64,000 bases of DNA from an uncultured virus (IMG/VR IMGVR_UViG_3300042887_005898) (IMGVR_UViG_3300042887_005898); one strand, 5' to 3'. Positions 42,289-55,103 are shown, counted from the stretch's first letter. The notes: generated by a model from the letters alone, not told the origin. Numbers and translations are program-made.

Positions 42289-44544
42289 TTAACTTAAATT
42301 TGTTAGTGCCATGTTTCCGTGCCAAGTTTGACCATAATCATGAGTTAGAAATACTAAAAAGTCTATTCCACCAGTCGTTAATGTTGGTGGTGTTCCGTTA
42401 TTCCATAATATTGTACCACCGGTAAATCCAACTGAATAACTATTATTTGATATCTTTAATACCACTCCATAGGCACTCGAATTAGTTAAACCACCATTAG
42501 TGGTTACTGCCGTTAGTCCTAGCTCTGTATTCGCTTGTATGTCTAATACAAAGAAGTTAGAATTACTTAGTGTTAACCAATAAGGGTCAGTTGTAACTGA
42601 TGCTGTAATACAGGATATATTATAAGTTTCTATTCTTTGTTTCAAAGAAGATAAAGATTGGTATTCAATTGATTTTGATGTTAAAACTTGATTTTGAAGT
42701 GTTGTACGCTGTAAATGATTGTATCGTATGTTGGAATTAGTCAAATTTAATGCGCGAATTTTAGAATCATTTTCTAATTTTGTAAATTGTAGATTTGAGT
42801 TACTCGATAGATTTATATTGAAAATCTCTGAATTACTGAGTTCGTTTTGGTAGTAACCTGAAGAACTGAAAGTAAAATTTCTGAGATTTGATTTATTGAA
42901 ACTACAATAAAAAATATCTGAAGATTGAAGATATCCATTATAAATTAAAGAATTATTGTCCAATTTCAAATCAACAAAATTAGAACTAGTCAAAGACGTA
43001 CTGTATATATATGATTCATTAAATAGTTGAATATTAGTCTCTGTTGAACCATTTTCTAGTTTTAAGTTAAATTGGCCTGAGTTGTTTTTTAATTCCATTG
43101 CTTCTTGATCAGCACTTTTCAAGATTATATTATCCTGATATGAATAGTTATCAAATGTAATTCTTCTCTGATTTGAATTTCTCATAGATATAGAAGATTG
43201 ATAAGAATATTTGTTAATCTCGATATATTCTTGTCTTGATGCAGTCAAAGAAATATATTCTTGATAAGATTGACCTTTAATCTGCAGATTAAACTGTCTT
43301 GATTGAAAACTGGAAGAACCAGTCATGTAAATATACTGTTGATATGAGTCAATTAATATTATATTGTTCTGTCCAATATTTGGAGATCCATCTCCATTGA
43401 TATCTAAATATCTTTGATAGCTTGAATATAGTTCAACTTCAGTTTGTTCAGCACTGTTGATAGTCGAGTCTCTTTGATTTGAATTTACTAACTTTACGAT
43501 TGACTGAACACTACCTGATAAGGTAATCATATCTTGATAAGAAGAATTAATTAGAGAAATCTTTTCTTGAGAAGAATTATATAACGAAACATCTAGTTGA
43601 TAAGAATTATTTTCAAGATTCATATCTAATTGATGTGAGGCATCAAGCACTAAATTTTCTTGATATGATGATTTTTTTAATAAAACATTTCTTTGATAAG
43701 ATTCACCTGATGATGAGATTGGCTCTTGATAAGAACGGTCATAAAGTTTTAGTCCACTAATTGTGGTTAATCTATCATTTATATTTAGTAGTAAAGAATT
43801 TTCAACATAACAGTCATTTACTCCAATAGATCCAGCTACAAAGGATCCATTCTCACTTACTTCAGTACCCCATTTAAAGTAACGAATAGGATTCTTGTCA
43901 TACTGAGCTGCTACTGTGACGGTTGGATCCCAATCTAATACCCCTGATACAAAGTTATTGTTCTTGTCTCTTCTAGATAAAAACTTATCAACTAGAATGT
44001 CATACTCAATTTGATCATAAACTACGTTATAATCATTTGAGTTGTAGGGTACTTGAGTCCAGTCTGCACTATTTAATGTTAGAATGTCATCACTTGTACC
44101 AACATTACTAGTTGTGTTATTCCAATAATAACCACCCCAAATGGCAGTTGCTCCAATGCCGTATGAGCTGTTCGGATTCCATATTCCACCGTCAATATCT
44201 ATAGTTAAATCAGTATAAATTGGATTATAGAACTTACCAAATCCCTTTGTTGACAAAGCACTTGAGCTAACCGCCGGTATGTAGACTTCTACTCCTTCTG
44301 AATAACATTCTGTACCTGATGTAAAATTATAAATCGAACCAGGAGAAAGTTGAGAACTAGAAATCAAGTTTAGAATTGAAGCCATATTAGAAGCAATAAC
44401 AAATTCAGCTCCTATTTGTGTAATAGCACCAGTACTATCAATTTTTTTAAGATTACCATCTAAATCTATTCCAATAAATGTACTAGAACTTGTAGGTACT
44501 CCTGCATTTGGTAAATTTGTTTTCTGTAAAGATATTATTGCCAT
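42289..44544 (-). CDS. Tail fibre/receptor-binding protein with beta-helical S/Q/N-rich repeats
   Basis: Likely start MAIISLQ; ~11-aa repeats (L..SYQ..I.L); C-terminal W..GTPPTLT..GIDFLVF; chaperone gene downstream. Confidence 0.7.
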   Translation of the reverse strand: MAIISLQKTNLPNAGVPTSSSTFIGIDLDGNLKKIDSTGAITQIGAEFVIASNMASILNLISSSQLSPGSIYNFTSGTECYSEGVEVYIPAVSSSALSTKGFGKFYNPIYTDLTIDIDGGIWNPNSSYGIGATAIWGGYYWNNTTSNVGTSDDILTLNSADWTQVPYNSNDYNVVYDQIEYDILVDKFLSRRDKNNNFVSGVLDWDPTVTVAAQYDKNPIRYFKWGTEVSENGSFVAGSIGVNDCYVENSLLLNINDRLTTISGLKLYDRSYQEPISSSGESYQRNVLLKKSSYQENLVLDASHQLDMNLENNSYQLDVSLYNSSQEKISLINSSYQDMITLSGSVQSIVKLVNSNQRDSTINSAEQTEVELYSSYQRYLDINGDGSPNIGQNNIILIDSYQQYIYMTGSSSFQSRQFNLQIKGQSYQEYISLTASRQEYIEINKYSYQSSISMRNSNQRRITFDNYSYQDNIILKSADQEAMELKNNSGQFNLKLENGSTETNIQLFNESYIYSTSLTSSNFVDLKLDNNSLIYNGYLQSSDIFYCSFNKSNLRNFTFSSSGYYQNELSNSEIFNINLSSNSNLQFTKLENDSKIRALNLTNSNIRYNHLQRTTLQNQVLTSKSIEYQSLSSLKQRIETYNISCITASVTTDPYWLTLSNSNFFVLDIQANTELGLTAVTTNGGLTNSSAYGVVLKISNNSYSVGFTGGTILWNNGTPPTLTTGGIDFLVFLTHDYGQTWHGNMALTNLS

Positions 44545-44596
44545 ATAATATATATTAATATTGAATTTTCTAAATAAAATGTGAATATATACATTA

Positions 44597-45013
44597 ATGA
44601 AAATAATTAAGACATATGAAGATTTTTGGCCTTTTAGCAAATCTTTTTCAGAAAAAGAAATCAATCAAAAAAAAATTTTAGACTTACCAAAAAAGATTAA
44701 ATTATCTGGTTTAAGTAAGAAAATTTTAGATTTGAATGTTTCTAACATCAATATTGGATATTCAAAGAAAGATATTCATAGATTAGTTATTGAATTCAAA
44801 GAAGGTGATAAAAGATCAGTAAGAGTGAACTTTATTATAAATGATGATTATTTTATTACAAAGAAAGATAGTTGTTTTCTAATAGTTGATGACAATATTG
44901 TCATTCATAATTTAAGAGTTGGTCAAAACAAAAATGAAATAAGACAATTGGATAAAATACAAGAAGACATTTTTGAATTAGCTAAAAAAGAAGGCCTTGT
45001 GAAATTTGACTAA
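44597..45013 (+). CDS. Putative internal head protein
   Basis: MKIIKTYEDF N-terminus. Confidence 0.6.
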   Translation: MKIIKTYEDFWPFSKSFSEKEINQKKILDLPKKIKLSGLSKKILDLNVSNINIGYSKKDIHRLVIEFKEGDKRSVRVNFIINDDYFITKKDSCFLIVDDNIVIHNLRVGQNKNEIRQLDKIQEDIFELAKKEGLVKFD

Positions 45014-45260
45014 ATCTCTTCAACATGAACTAAATACCAATTCCTACCATTCAAGTAAAACCATTCAGTTGTTGGATTTACATCATATTCCCAAGTTTCA
45101 ATAAATCCTTTTTCACCAGTGTGAGGTCTTGTGATAATTCTTTCGCTCTCAATTGTAATGATACCTTTGGTTTTTGACATATAATAAAATTAATTTTAGA
45201 TATATATCAAAAAAATAAATTAAAATTTGTCAAAGTAAAAAATTGAATTATATTTGTTTT

Positions 45261-45491
45261 ATGAAATACATTTTAACACTTTTAGTTTTTTCTACCTTAT
45301 TGTCTTGTGATACAAAAAAATTCAAGTATAAAATTGTTCACAAAAATCATCACAAAGACCGTGACGCTCTTTTCTACACCGATACTTTAGAAGTAAGTGG
45401 AGATAGTGTTGGATATCACAACTCCAATGGTAGTTATGTTTTGATTTCAACTGACTTTGAAAATGATTGTGAGTTATATCAATTAAAATGA
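45261..45491 (+). CDS. Small lipoprotein
   Basis: MKYILTLLVFSTLLSC lipobox; host-type promoter upstream. Confidence 0.65.
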   Translation: MKYILTLLVFSTLLSCDTKKFKYKIVHKNHHKDRDALFYTDTLEVSGDSVGYHNSNGSYVLISTDFENDCELYQLK

Positions 45492-45934
45492 AAAGAGAAA
45501 TAATTACACATGATGAACATAATATAAAAGGCTTTTTTGACAATTATAGATTTTTGTCTAACTTTGAGTCTTGTGATGTTTTATTCGATGGTATTATTTA
45601 TCCATCAAGTGAAAATGCTTATCAAGCTGCTAAGTCTTTAGATATTGAAGTAAGAAAAAAATTTGTTGATATAAGTTCGACCGATTCAAAAAAACTAGGT
45701 AAAATAGTTGAAAGTAGACCAGATTGGAACAATATTAAATTAGACATTATGTATAGCATAGTGTTTGATAAATTTACTCGAAATTCTAAACTTGGTGATC
45801 AGCTAATTGAAACCGGTGATAAATATTTAGAAGAAACCAATTATTGGAAAGATACATACTGGGGAGTTTGTAATGGTGTTGGTAAAAATTGGCTTGGTAG
45901 AATTCTAATGGATGTTAGAGAACAAATTAGGTGA
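45488..45934 (+). CDS. NADAR family protein (YbiA/RibX-like)
   Basis: FLSNF, SSENAYQAAK, KFTRN, LIETG, DTYWG, GKNWLGRILMDVR. Confidence 0.93.
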   Translation: MKREIITHDEHNIKGFFDNYRFLSNFESCDVLFDGIIYPSSENAYQAAKSLDIEVRKKFVDISSTDSKKLGKIVESRPDWNNIKLDIMYSIVFDKFTRNSKLGDQLIETGDKYLEETNYWKDTYWGVCNGVGKNWLGRILMDVREQIR

Positions 45935-46174
45935 TTTTATAGACACAAATAAAATAGTAAATTTAGATTTTATTAATCTTTATCCAAACATTATTAAAAA
46001 ATTTAATATAATTGCTATTACTCGTGAAATTAAAATTTCTAAAATAATTAAAAGATTGAATGAAAAAAATCAAATACAAAATAATCAGAATTCTTGATCT
46101 TTATTTCTATCCATTACTAATAAATGGAAATAAAGAGCAAGCTTATTTTGAGAGAATGAAAAGAAAGTATAAAA

Positions 46175-46387
46175 ATGAATGCTGATTTAATAATTAAATT
46201 AAATGAGTTGATCGATACTCTTAATCCTAAACAACAAGATATAGCAAGAGATCTTATCGTAGACGAAAAGTATCTTATTATGGACACCACATATAATAGA
46301 CATAGAGATATCTATATTAAAAACTTAAAAACTAATGAAGTACATAGTTTTCTTATGTATATAAGATCAAAGTGTAATTGCGAGTAA
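46175..46387 (+). CDS. Hypothetical protein
   Basis: Short ORF in operon. Confidence 0.55.
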   Translation: MNADLIIKLNELIDTLNPKQQDIARDLIVDEKYLIMDTTYNRHRDIYIKNLKTNEVHSFLMYIRSKCNCE

Positions 46388-46417
46388 TCAAAATTTTTCA
46401 AACTACTAATAAATTTA

Positions 46418-46969
46418 ATGAATCCAAGAAAATTTCAAAGAGGTCAAAGACCACCACAAAAAGAACGAAAACATAAAATCAATGGTGAGGTTCGTTTTCC
46501 ACAAGTAAGATTAATAGGTGAAGAAGGAGAGCCTAAAATTATGTCTTCTTATGAAGCCTTCAAAATAGCAGAAGAAAAAGGATTAGACTTAATTTTAATA
46601 AATGAAAATCAATCTATTCCAATTGTTAAGATTGCTGATTATAATAAATTTATCTATGATTTAGAAAAGTCTGAAAAAGAAAGAAAAAAGAATTCACATA
46701 AAAGTGAAATGAAAGAAGTTCAACTTTCCTGTGAAATCCAAGACAATGATTTACAAACCAAAGCAAGAAAAGCAAAAGAGTTTCTTACTGATGGAGACAA
46801 GGTGAGAGTTGTTATTCAATTGAAAGGAAGACAAAAAGCTATGCCAGAAAGAGGAGAAATTGTAATTTTTAGATTTGTAGAAATTTTATCTGAACAAGGA
46901 ACACCAGAAAATCTTCCGAAACTTGAAGGTGGTAAATGGTCTGTTACAATTAAACCCAAAAAGAAATAA
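46418..46969 (+). CDS. infC: Translation initiation factor IF-3
   Basis: INGEVRFPQVRLI, GLDLI, DYNKFIY, DLQTK...FL..GDKV; ATG start. Confidence 0.95.
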   Translation: MNPRKFQRGQRPPQKERKHKINGEVRFPQVRLIGEEGEPKIMSSYEAFKIAEEKGLDLILINENQSIPIVKIADYNKFIYDLEKSEKERKKNSHKSEMKEVQLSCEIQDNDLQTKARKAKEFLTDGDKVRVVIQLKGRQKAMPERGEIVIFRFVEILSEQGTPENLPKLEGGKWSVTIKPKKK

Positions 46970-46999
46970 AAAAATCCAGTCAATAGACTGGATTTTTGT

Positions 47000-47212
47000 T
47001 TATACTTGTAAACTTTCTACTTTTCGTTTTATCCTTATTTTAGACTGACAATCAATCAAGTGTTCCAATTTTGTTAACTGATAGTTAATCCAAACATTTT
47101 TCTTGGGGATGAATACCTTCCCCATAACAAGACCTAAATCGGAGATATAGATCTTACTAAGGACACCAGCACCGTCAGGTGTGTCCACTTCTGAGTAGTA
47201 AGTAGTTTTCAA
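47000..47212 (-). CDS. Hypothetical protein
   Basis: Short ORF, TTG start. Confidence 0.55.
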   Translation of the reverse strand: MKTTYYSEVDTPDGAGVLSKIYISDLGLVMGKVFIPKKNVWINYQLTKLEHLIDCQSKIRIKRKVESLQV

Positions 47213-47356
47213 TTCTTAAATATTTATTTTTTGCTTTCATAAAAAGTAAATTATATATTCAGTTTAAAATCTCTTTTTTTTGATTTTTTCGAGAAAAATA
47301 CACATTAAACTTTTAATACTAATTCGTTTATAATAATTAAAACAAAATAGAAATAT

Positions 47357-47845
47357 ATGAGAATTCTAATCAAACCCGAAGATATAGTAAAAAGATGTTT
47401 GTGGGATAGTTTTGCCTACTATATCGTTGGATCTGAAAAAGAAGCAGAAAAATTACTGAAAGAAAACGCAGAATTTGAACTGACTGAAAGAGACGCTATA
47501 GTTATCGGATTATTAAAAGTAATGGAGACCGACAATCTAATACATAGATTTAATGATTACCTTACACACTTCTTAACAGTAAGATCAATTAAAGATAAAG
47601 AACTATTCTTAATTAGAAAGAAATCAGTTGAGGTTAGTATTGAAAAGTTTTTGGATAAATTTCCAGATTACTGGACACCAACTACTGTTTACTCAAATTC
47701 TCTTAAAGATTTAGTTGATTATATCGATAATCTAAAAGACGAAATCGAAAAACTAGAAATTATAAAAATGACAGTTCAAAATGTTAGTTATGATTTCTAT
47801 AACTCTAATAATATAAAGAAATTACTAAACTTCAATAACTATTAA
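47357..47845 (+). CDS. Hypothetical protein
   Basis: 162-aa ORF. Confidence 0.7.
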   Translation: MRILIKPEDIVKRCLWDSFAYYIVGSEKEAEKLLKENAEFELTERDAIVIGLLKVMETDNLIHRFNDYLTHFLTVRSIKDKELFLIRKKSVEVSIEKFLDKFPDYWTPTTVYSNSLKDLVDYIDNLKDEIEKLEIIKMTVQNVSYDFYNSNNIKKLLNFNNY

Positions 47846-48020
47846 TTATGAATCAAAATGAATTTTTTCTGAAAGTCAAAGAATTAGAACAAAAGTATCC
47901 AAATAATTTTGAGTTTGGAACTCAAGTGCGTAACCTAATTAACAAAGAAATAAAAAACTTTGATATTGAAATAAAAGATAACGAAAAGGATATCATTCTA
48001 TAAAAATTAAATAATCTATT

Positions 48021-48533
48021 ATGAAAAAGAAAGAAAAGAAAACAAGTGAGATTTCTGAAGTAGAGAACTTAGTTTTAGAAGTAGAAACTCAAGAAGAGGA
48101 GAAAATCTTTACTAAAGAAGAAGTAGATACTTTATTAAAAGAACAAAAAGAGTCCGAAACAGATAAATATCTAAGACTACTAGCTGAGTTTGATAATTAC
48201 AAGAAAAGAACTCAAAAAGAAAAAGAAGAAATCAAAAATAGTACAAAAGTCAATATGATTTCCTCTATACTCGATTTAGATTCAGACTTAGCAATTGCTT
48301 TAAAAAACAGTAAAATCGAAAATGAAGGACTTAATATTTTAGTATCTAAACTTAATACATTTCTAAAAAATCAAGGAATAGAACCAATTCAAACAGATAC
48401 CTATGATTCGGATCTTCATGAGGTTATTAGTGTGTTAGAAATTGGTGAACAAAAAGTAATTGATGTTGTAAGTAAGGGATATACTCTAAATGGTCAACCT
48501 TTTAGATTTCCCAAAATCATTTTAGGTAAGTAA
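48021..48533 (+). CDS. grpE: Nucleotide exchange factor GrpE
   Basis: YLRLLAEFDNYKKRT, YDSDLHEV, KGYTLNG. Confidence 0.93.
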   Translation: MKKKEKKTSEISEVENLVLEVETQEEEKIFTKEEVDTLLKEQKESETDKYLRLLAEFDNYKKRTQKEKEEIKNSTKVNMISSILDLDSDLAIALKNSKIENEGLNILVSKLNTFLKNQGIEPIQTDTYDSDLHEVISVLEIGEQKVIDVVSKGYTLNGQPFRFPKIILGK

Positions 48534-49013
48534 TGTTCTTCAAAGACTATATTGATAAACTTATAAATTCTAGCGAAGTTGAGAGAGAAGACTGGCTTGA
48601 AATTTCTGGTTTTTTTGGTGGCATCAGCAAATCACAAAAAGAAAAAATGATTGAACTTTTTAATCAATTATTAAATAATTGGTCAAGGTACGAAAAATTT
48701 ATTTCAATAAGTGAATATATGTTACCAATGATAAGACAAGCAGCTTCTTATTTAGATATTGACGGTAACATGCCATACACTGTAAAGTCAAATAATAAGA
48801 AAGTATTTATCTACAATTATAATTTTGATTTAGATAAATATTTAGAGCATTTCCATGAGTTATTCAATGTAAGTAGTGATCAATTTTTCAAGATATTTAT
48901 AAACATCGATGTTGAAGCAGAACTCTGTCACTTGTGTATTAGAGATTATTTTTATTCTCTTGCAAAATCATCGAAAGTTGAGTTGTATGATTCAATAGTA
49001 AGAGAAATTAATA

Positions 49014-49030
<17 letters not shown>
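48533..49030 (+). CDS. Hypothetical protein with C-terminal tag
   Basis: Ends VREINIDKII. Confidence 0.65.
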
Positions 49031-50538
<1,508 letters not shown>

Positions 50539-50572
50539 AACAAAAAACCTCTCAATTGAGAGGTTTTATTAT

Positions 50573-51409
50573 TTAAGACAATAAAGAATAATATTCTTTG
50601 AAGTGTTTAATTCTATCTGGTAAACCAATCGTTCCCCCGTTAACTCTTTTTGTTACGGCTGTTATGGTTGCCTCATCTGCACCTTTGTCACAAATAGACC
50701 AAAGTTTATTTGAATCAAAGAAGAAAGCTGCCGAAGCTAATGGGTATTTAGTGGCAACTAAATCAGGATTACTTAAAATATCTTCATCAACCATTTTATC
50801 AAAAGACGAATAATTTGACTTTCCAGTTAATTGAATGTAACCTCTACCACGAAACTTGAATCCTTCTCCTGAAGCTTCATCACCATTACCCATTCTACTT
50901 GCATAGACTCTGTTCGCGATCTTCTCTGGTTGTCTTGCATAGGATTCATTTAAGTTATTTGGGAAATACTTAGGAAATATCTTTTTAAGACCGTCTGCTG
51001 AGTAATTCAGGTTTTCTTGAACTGCTTTGAAACCACCAGATTCGTGTCCACATTGTGAAAGAAAGTGTGCTAATCTCAAAACATTAGTGATATTGAATTT
51101 TGCTGCTGTATCAGGAATCTGTGCAATCACCGAATCTGGAATGTGACCTTTCAAATTTTCTAATTTGAAGTTAGAAGGTGGAATTGAAACTGGTTGAGTA
51201 GATGGTACTGGATTACTTTTAGCTGAAGAGCCAAATAATTTTGACCAAGTTCCATCACCAACTAATCCATCCGCAACTAATCCGTTTGCTGCTTGCCATT
51301 CTTTTACTGCTTTTTCTGTACCAGGACCAAAACTACCATCTGCAGTAAGTCCTAATTTTTCTTGCAATTTTTTTACATCATCGCCTTTTGAACCAACTTT
51401 TAATAACAT
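50573..51409 (-). CDS. Endolysin: PG-binding domain plus GH19 domain
   Basis: GDDVKKLQEKLG..ADGSFG; AHFLSQCGHESGGF, FRGRGYIQLTGKSNY, TKRVNGG. Confidence 0.93.
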   Translation of the reverse strand: MLLKVGSKGDDVKKLQEKLGLTADGSFGPGTEKAVKEWQAANGLVADGLVGDGTWSKLFGSSAKSNPVPSTQPVSIPPSNFKLENLKGHIPDSVIAQIPDTAAKFNITNVLRLAHFLSQCGHESGGFKAVQENLNYSADGLKKIFPKYFPNNLNESYARQPEKIANRVYASRMGNGDEASGEGFKFRGRGYIQLTGKSNYSSFDKMVDEDILSNPDLVATKYPLASAAFFFDSNKLWSICDKGADEATITAVTKRVNGGTIGLPDRIKHFKEYYSLLS

Positions 51410-51634
51410 AATAAATTTCTTTTTTAGTATATATAAAAACAGAAAATTATTAATTTTTTTCGGTTTTTAATAAATATTCCAATTTTGAATTGTAATGATA
51501 TCTCTTCTTTTAGACTTTGTGTTAAGAGATTTTTTTAATTTTTGACTAATATATTCTATTTTTTTATACAGATTCTCTTTTGATTTAACAGACGAGTCTA
51601 TGTAAAAGTCTTCAAATAATTTAATATTCATTAG

Positions 51635-51988
51635 TTATATATTTACTCTGGTAATTATTATTTTCCTAAACTCACCAAACTTTTGTCTGATAGTCCTATC
51701 TAAAGTAGACCAACAATCTTGTAAGTTTCTATTAAGTGATTCGGTTCTACCAACTATCCACATATTCAAATCCAGTCTATCTGGTTCAGTTACTACTTTA
51801 TCATATTTCAAAAAATGAATCTTTCCTGTACTTTTTTCTATTTTAACATCTAGAATTTCAAGTAGCAAATTATCATCAACTCCGAGTTTATGTCCTTTGT
51901 AGATAGTAGTGCCTTCTACTTCAACCTCATCACTAGTGTATATTCTATATTCTATTCTATTTGAGGATTTGGTAACAAAATAATTCAT
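51635..51988 (-). CDS. Hypothetical protein
   Basis: 117-aa ORF. Confidence 0.6.
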   Translation of the reverse strand: MNYFVTKSSNRIEYRIYTSDEVEVEGTTIYKGHKLGVDDNLLLEILDVKIEKSTGKIHFLKYDKVVTEPDRLDLNMWIVGRTESLNRNLQDCWSTLDRTIRQKFGEFRKIIITRVNI

Positions 51989-52053
51989 AAATTAAGATTT
52001 CAACAAAAATAAGTTTTTTTAATATATTTATATATCAAAATCTATATTGCATT

Positions 52054-53109
52054 ATGAGTTACTATGATATTTTAGGAATTAACAAAGACGCTTCTCAAGA
52101 AGAAATTAAAAAAGCTTACAGAAAGAAAGCTATTGAACATCATCCAGATAAAGGTGGAGATGAATCAAAATTCAGAGAAGCTGCCGAAGCATATGAAATA
52201 CTCTCAGATGAAAATAAAAAGAGAGAATATGATACATATGGCTCAGTTGGCGGAGGTGGTAATCCATTTGGTGGATTCGGAGGATTCGGTGGTCGACATC
52301 AAGGACACGGTTTTAGTATGGATGATATATTCAGTCAGTTTGGTGATATCTTTGGTGGAAGATATGGTCAACCAAGACCTAAACAAAGAAGAGGTGGTGA
52401 TTTAAGAGTTCAATTATCACTGACTCTTGAAGAAGTGATGTTGGGATCTAATAAAAAAGTGAAATATAAAAGACAAACACCTTGTAGTCCGTGTAACGGA
52501 AAAGGAGGATCAGATACAAAAAGTTGTTTAGCTTGTAATGGCACTGGCCAAAGAACTGTAACACAACAAACTCCTTTTGGTATAATAACTCAAACCATGG
52601 CTTGTAATAATTGTGGAAGTTCTGGTAGAGTTGTACACAACCCTTGTAAGTCTTGTAATGGTGAAGGAACAAAAATAACCGAAGAAGTAGTTGAAATTAA
52701 TATTCCAAAAGGTGCAGTTTCTGGTATGAACTTCACTATGAGTGGAAATGGAAATCATGTTCGTGATGGTATACCAGGGGATTTACACATATTAATTGAT
52801 GAAATTAAACATGCTAAGTTCCGAAGAGAATCAAACGATCTACACTGTGAACAATGGATTTCAATTCCAGATGCTGTACTAGGAACAAGTTTGAATATTG
52901 ATACTGTTTTAGGAATGAAAAGAATTGAAATAACTCCAGGTTGTGAAAGTGGTAAAGTAATTACACTACCAGGACAAGGTATACCAGTTCTGGGTAATGA
53001 TGGGAATAATTATGGATCAGGAAGTCTTTATATAAAAGTGAATGTGGAGATTCCAAAAAATATCACAGAAGAAGAAAGAGAAATTTTTAATAGATTAAGA
53101 AATTTATAA
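52054..53109 (+). CDS. dnaJ: Chaperone DnaJ
   Basis: J domain with HPD, G/F region, four CxxCxGxG. Confidence 0.97.
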   Translation: MSYYDILGINKDASQEEIKKAYRKKAIEHHPDKGGDESKFREAAEAYEILSDENKKREYDTYGSVGGGGNPFGGFGGFGGRHQGHGFSMDDIFSQFGDIFGGRYGQPRPKQRRGGDLRVQLSLTLEEVMLGSNKKVKYKRQTPCSPCNGKGGSDTKSCLACNGTGQRTVTQQTPFGIITQTMACNNCGSSGRVVHNPCKSCNGEGTKITEEVVEINIPKGAVSGMNFTMSGNGNHVRDGIPGDLHILIDEIKHAKFRRESNDLHCEQWISIPDAVLGTSLNIDTVLGMKRIEITPGCESGKVITLPGQGIPVLGNDGNNYGSGSLYIKVNVEIPKNITEEEREIFNRLRNL

Positions 53110-53153
53110 ACTTTTATTGTTTCAATTAATATCACTGATGTAAAAATTAAAAT

Positions 53154-53459
53154 ATGAAATACGAACTAAAAATTGAATTCAAAGACAACGATCAACTAGA
53201 AACTGTTATTCAAAAGTCTTATTTTGAAGATGGCACTAAAGGTAAACTTGTAGGTAAAAAAAGTTTTGTTACTATACCCTCAGAAGATCCAATCTCAATT
53301 ATCTTTAGAGGTCTTAACAATATGACTGTTAAACTCTTGAACGAAGAAATGATTGAAGGTTCTATGAGATGTGTTGTTGATGAACATCAAGACAAAATCA
53401 ATCTTTATCCAATCAATAACTATTGTATTGTAGAAGATACTAAATATTCTTTCTATTAA
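53154..53459 (+). CDS. Hypothetical protein
   Basis: 101-aa ORF. Confidence 0.65.
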   Translation: MKYELKIEFKDNDQLETVIQKSYFEDGTKGKLVGKKSFVTIPSEDPISIIFRGLNNMTVKLLNEEMIEGSMRCVVDEHQDKINLYPINNYCIVEDTKYSFY

Positions 53460-53462
53460 TTT

Positions 53463-54401
53463 ATGAAATTCGATTTCGAACAAATCAACTTAGTACCGAA
53501 AAAGTGTACAGTTGATTCTAGATCTGAGTGTGATACGACTGTTCAGCTTGGAAACCACACTTTTAAACTTCCGGTAATTCCAGCTAATATGGAATGTGTT
53601 ATTGATGAAAATTTGGCAATTAAGTTAGCACAAAAAGGATACTTTTATGTAATGCACAGATTCGAGACTAATCCTGTCATGTTTACACTTCAAATGAAGT
53701 CTAAAGGATTAGTATCATCTATTTCACTTGGTGTTAATGATGACTCTTATAAATGGGTTGATGAACTTAAATCAACTAATATGATACCAGATTTCATAAC
53801 AATTGATATAGCTCACGGACATTCTATCAAAATGAAGAAAATGATTAAGTATATAAAAAATCATTTACCATCATCTTTTGTTATAGCTGGAAATCTTTCA
53901 ACTCAAGAAGGAGTAGAAGATTTAGAAAAGTGGGGAGCTGATGCCACCAAGATAGGAATTGGTCCTGGACTTGCTTGCACTACTTGGCCAACTACTGGAT
54001 TTGGATCTAGAAATTGTCAAGCATCTACAGTTTATAATTGCTCTTTAGTTGCCAAGAAACCAATTATTGCAGATGGTGGTATTAGAGTACCCGGTGATAT
54101 TGCAAAAAGTGTTGTTTTAGGAGCTACTATGGTAATGATTGGTGGCATGATGTCAGGATTTAAAGATTCACCTGGTAATCTTGTTGAAATTGATGGAAAG
54201 AAAAAGAAAGAATTCTGGGGATCGGCTTCACAGTTTCAATCTAAAAAATCGAATAGAATTGAAGGAACTAAATTACTTATTGATTACAAAGATCGTTCTA
54301 TTTTGGATGAACTCGAATATTTAGAAGAATGTTTACAAAGTTCTATCTCTTATGGTGGTGGTAATAATCTACAGTCTCTTAACAAAGTAAAATGGATATA
54401 A
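53463..54401 (+). CDS. guaC: GMP reductase (GuaC type 2)
   Basis: SRSECDT, PANM, ITIDIAHGHS, KIGIGPG.AC.T...TGFG, IIADGGIR. Confidence 0.93.
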   Translation: MKFDFEQINLVPKKCTVDSRSECDTTVQLGNHTFKLPVIPANMECVIDENLAIKLAQKGYFYVMHRFETNPVMFTLQMKSKGLVSSISLGVNDDSYKWVDELKSTNMIPDFITIDIAHGHSIKMKKMIKYIKNHLPSSFVIAGNLSTQEGVEDLEKWGADATKIGIGPGLACTTWPTTGFGSRNCQASTVYNCSLVAKKPIIADGGIRVPGDIAKSVVLGATMVMIGGMMSGFKDSPGNLVEIDGKKKKEFWGSASQFQSKKSNRIEGTKLLIDYKDRSILDELEYLEECLQSSISYGGGNNLQSLNKVKWI

Positions 54402-54402
54402 T

Positions 54403-54741
54403 ATGAATATGTTTTTGAAAAAACTAAAAGAAGAATTATCTAAAGAAGATAAATCAACAATTGATTTTAATAGATGTCTTGAACTATTAAAAGACATTGA
54501 TCACGAAATAGATATGATTGAATCAGAATCAGATGATTATCAAGAAATGAATATAGACTTGGAGAATGAAGTAGACGAGTTAAAGTATAAGGTTGATGAA
54601 TTAGAATCAGAAATCGAATACTTTAAAAAAACAAATGCTGAAACTATTGATGATGTCTACAAACAAGAGATATTTGATAATCTATCTAAAAAGTATACTT
54701 CCTATCAATTAGAAGAGCTTCTGAAAAAGAGTAATATTTAG
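54403..54741 (+). CDS. Acidic coiled-coil protein
   Basis: LENEVDELKYKVDELESEI heptads. Confidence 0.65.
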   Translation: MNMFLKKLKEELSKEDKSTIDFNRCLELLKDIDHEIDMIESESDDYQEMNIDLENEVDELKYKVDELESEIEYFKKTNAETIDDVYKQEIFDNLSKKYTSYQLEELLKKSNI

Positions 54742-55103
54742 TGAAAAAATTACCAATTGATAAAGAAGAAAGAATCAAAGTCTTATCAGATAGAATTGCT
54801 AGTTATTCTGATATAGAACTATTAGCAAATGAAAGAAGAGTTTACTTTATAGTTGATCAACCAATTTTTGTACATAAATACTTTGAAGATGGTCAAATAA
54901 AGTCTAAGCGTATTTCTGTTCAAACTTTTTTTTTTAATAGGGACTACCATAATGGTTTTTCTAAGACTATTCAAAGAGAATATCAAAATGGTAGATTATT
55001 TGTTTTTTATTCCTTGAGAGAAAATATGCTAAGAGGAGCTTTTATTCATAGTGATTCCATCACAGAGGATAGAGGTAAAAGAATTGATGAGATACTTAGT
55101 TAA
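54741..55103 (+). CDS. Hypothetical protein with C-terminal tag
   Basis: Ends DRGKRIDEILS. Confidence 0.6.
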   Translation: MKKLPIDKEERIKVLSDRIASYSDIELLANERRVYFIVDQPIFVHKYFEDGQIKSKRISVQTFFFNRDYHNGFSKTIQREYQNGRLFVFYSLRENMLRGAFIHSDSITEDRGKRIDEILS

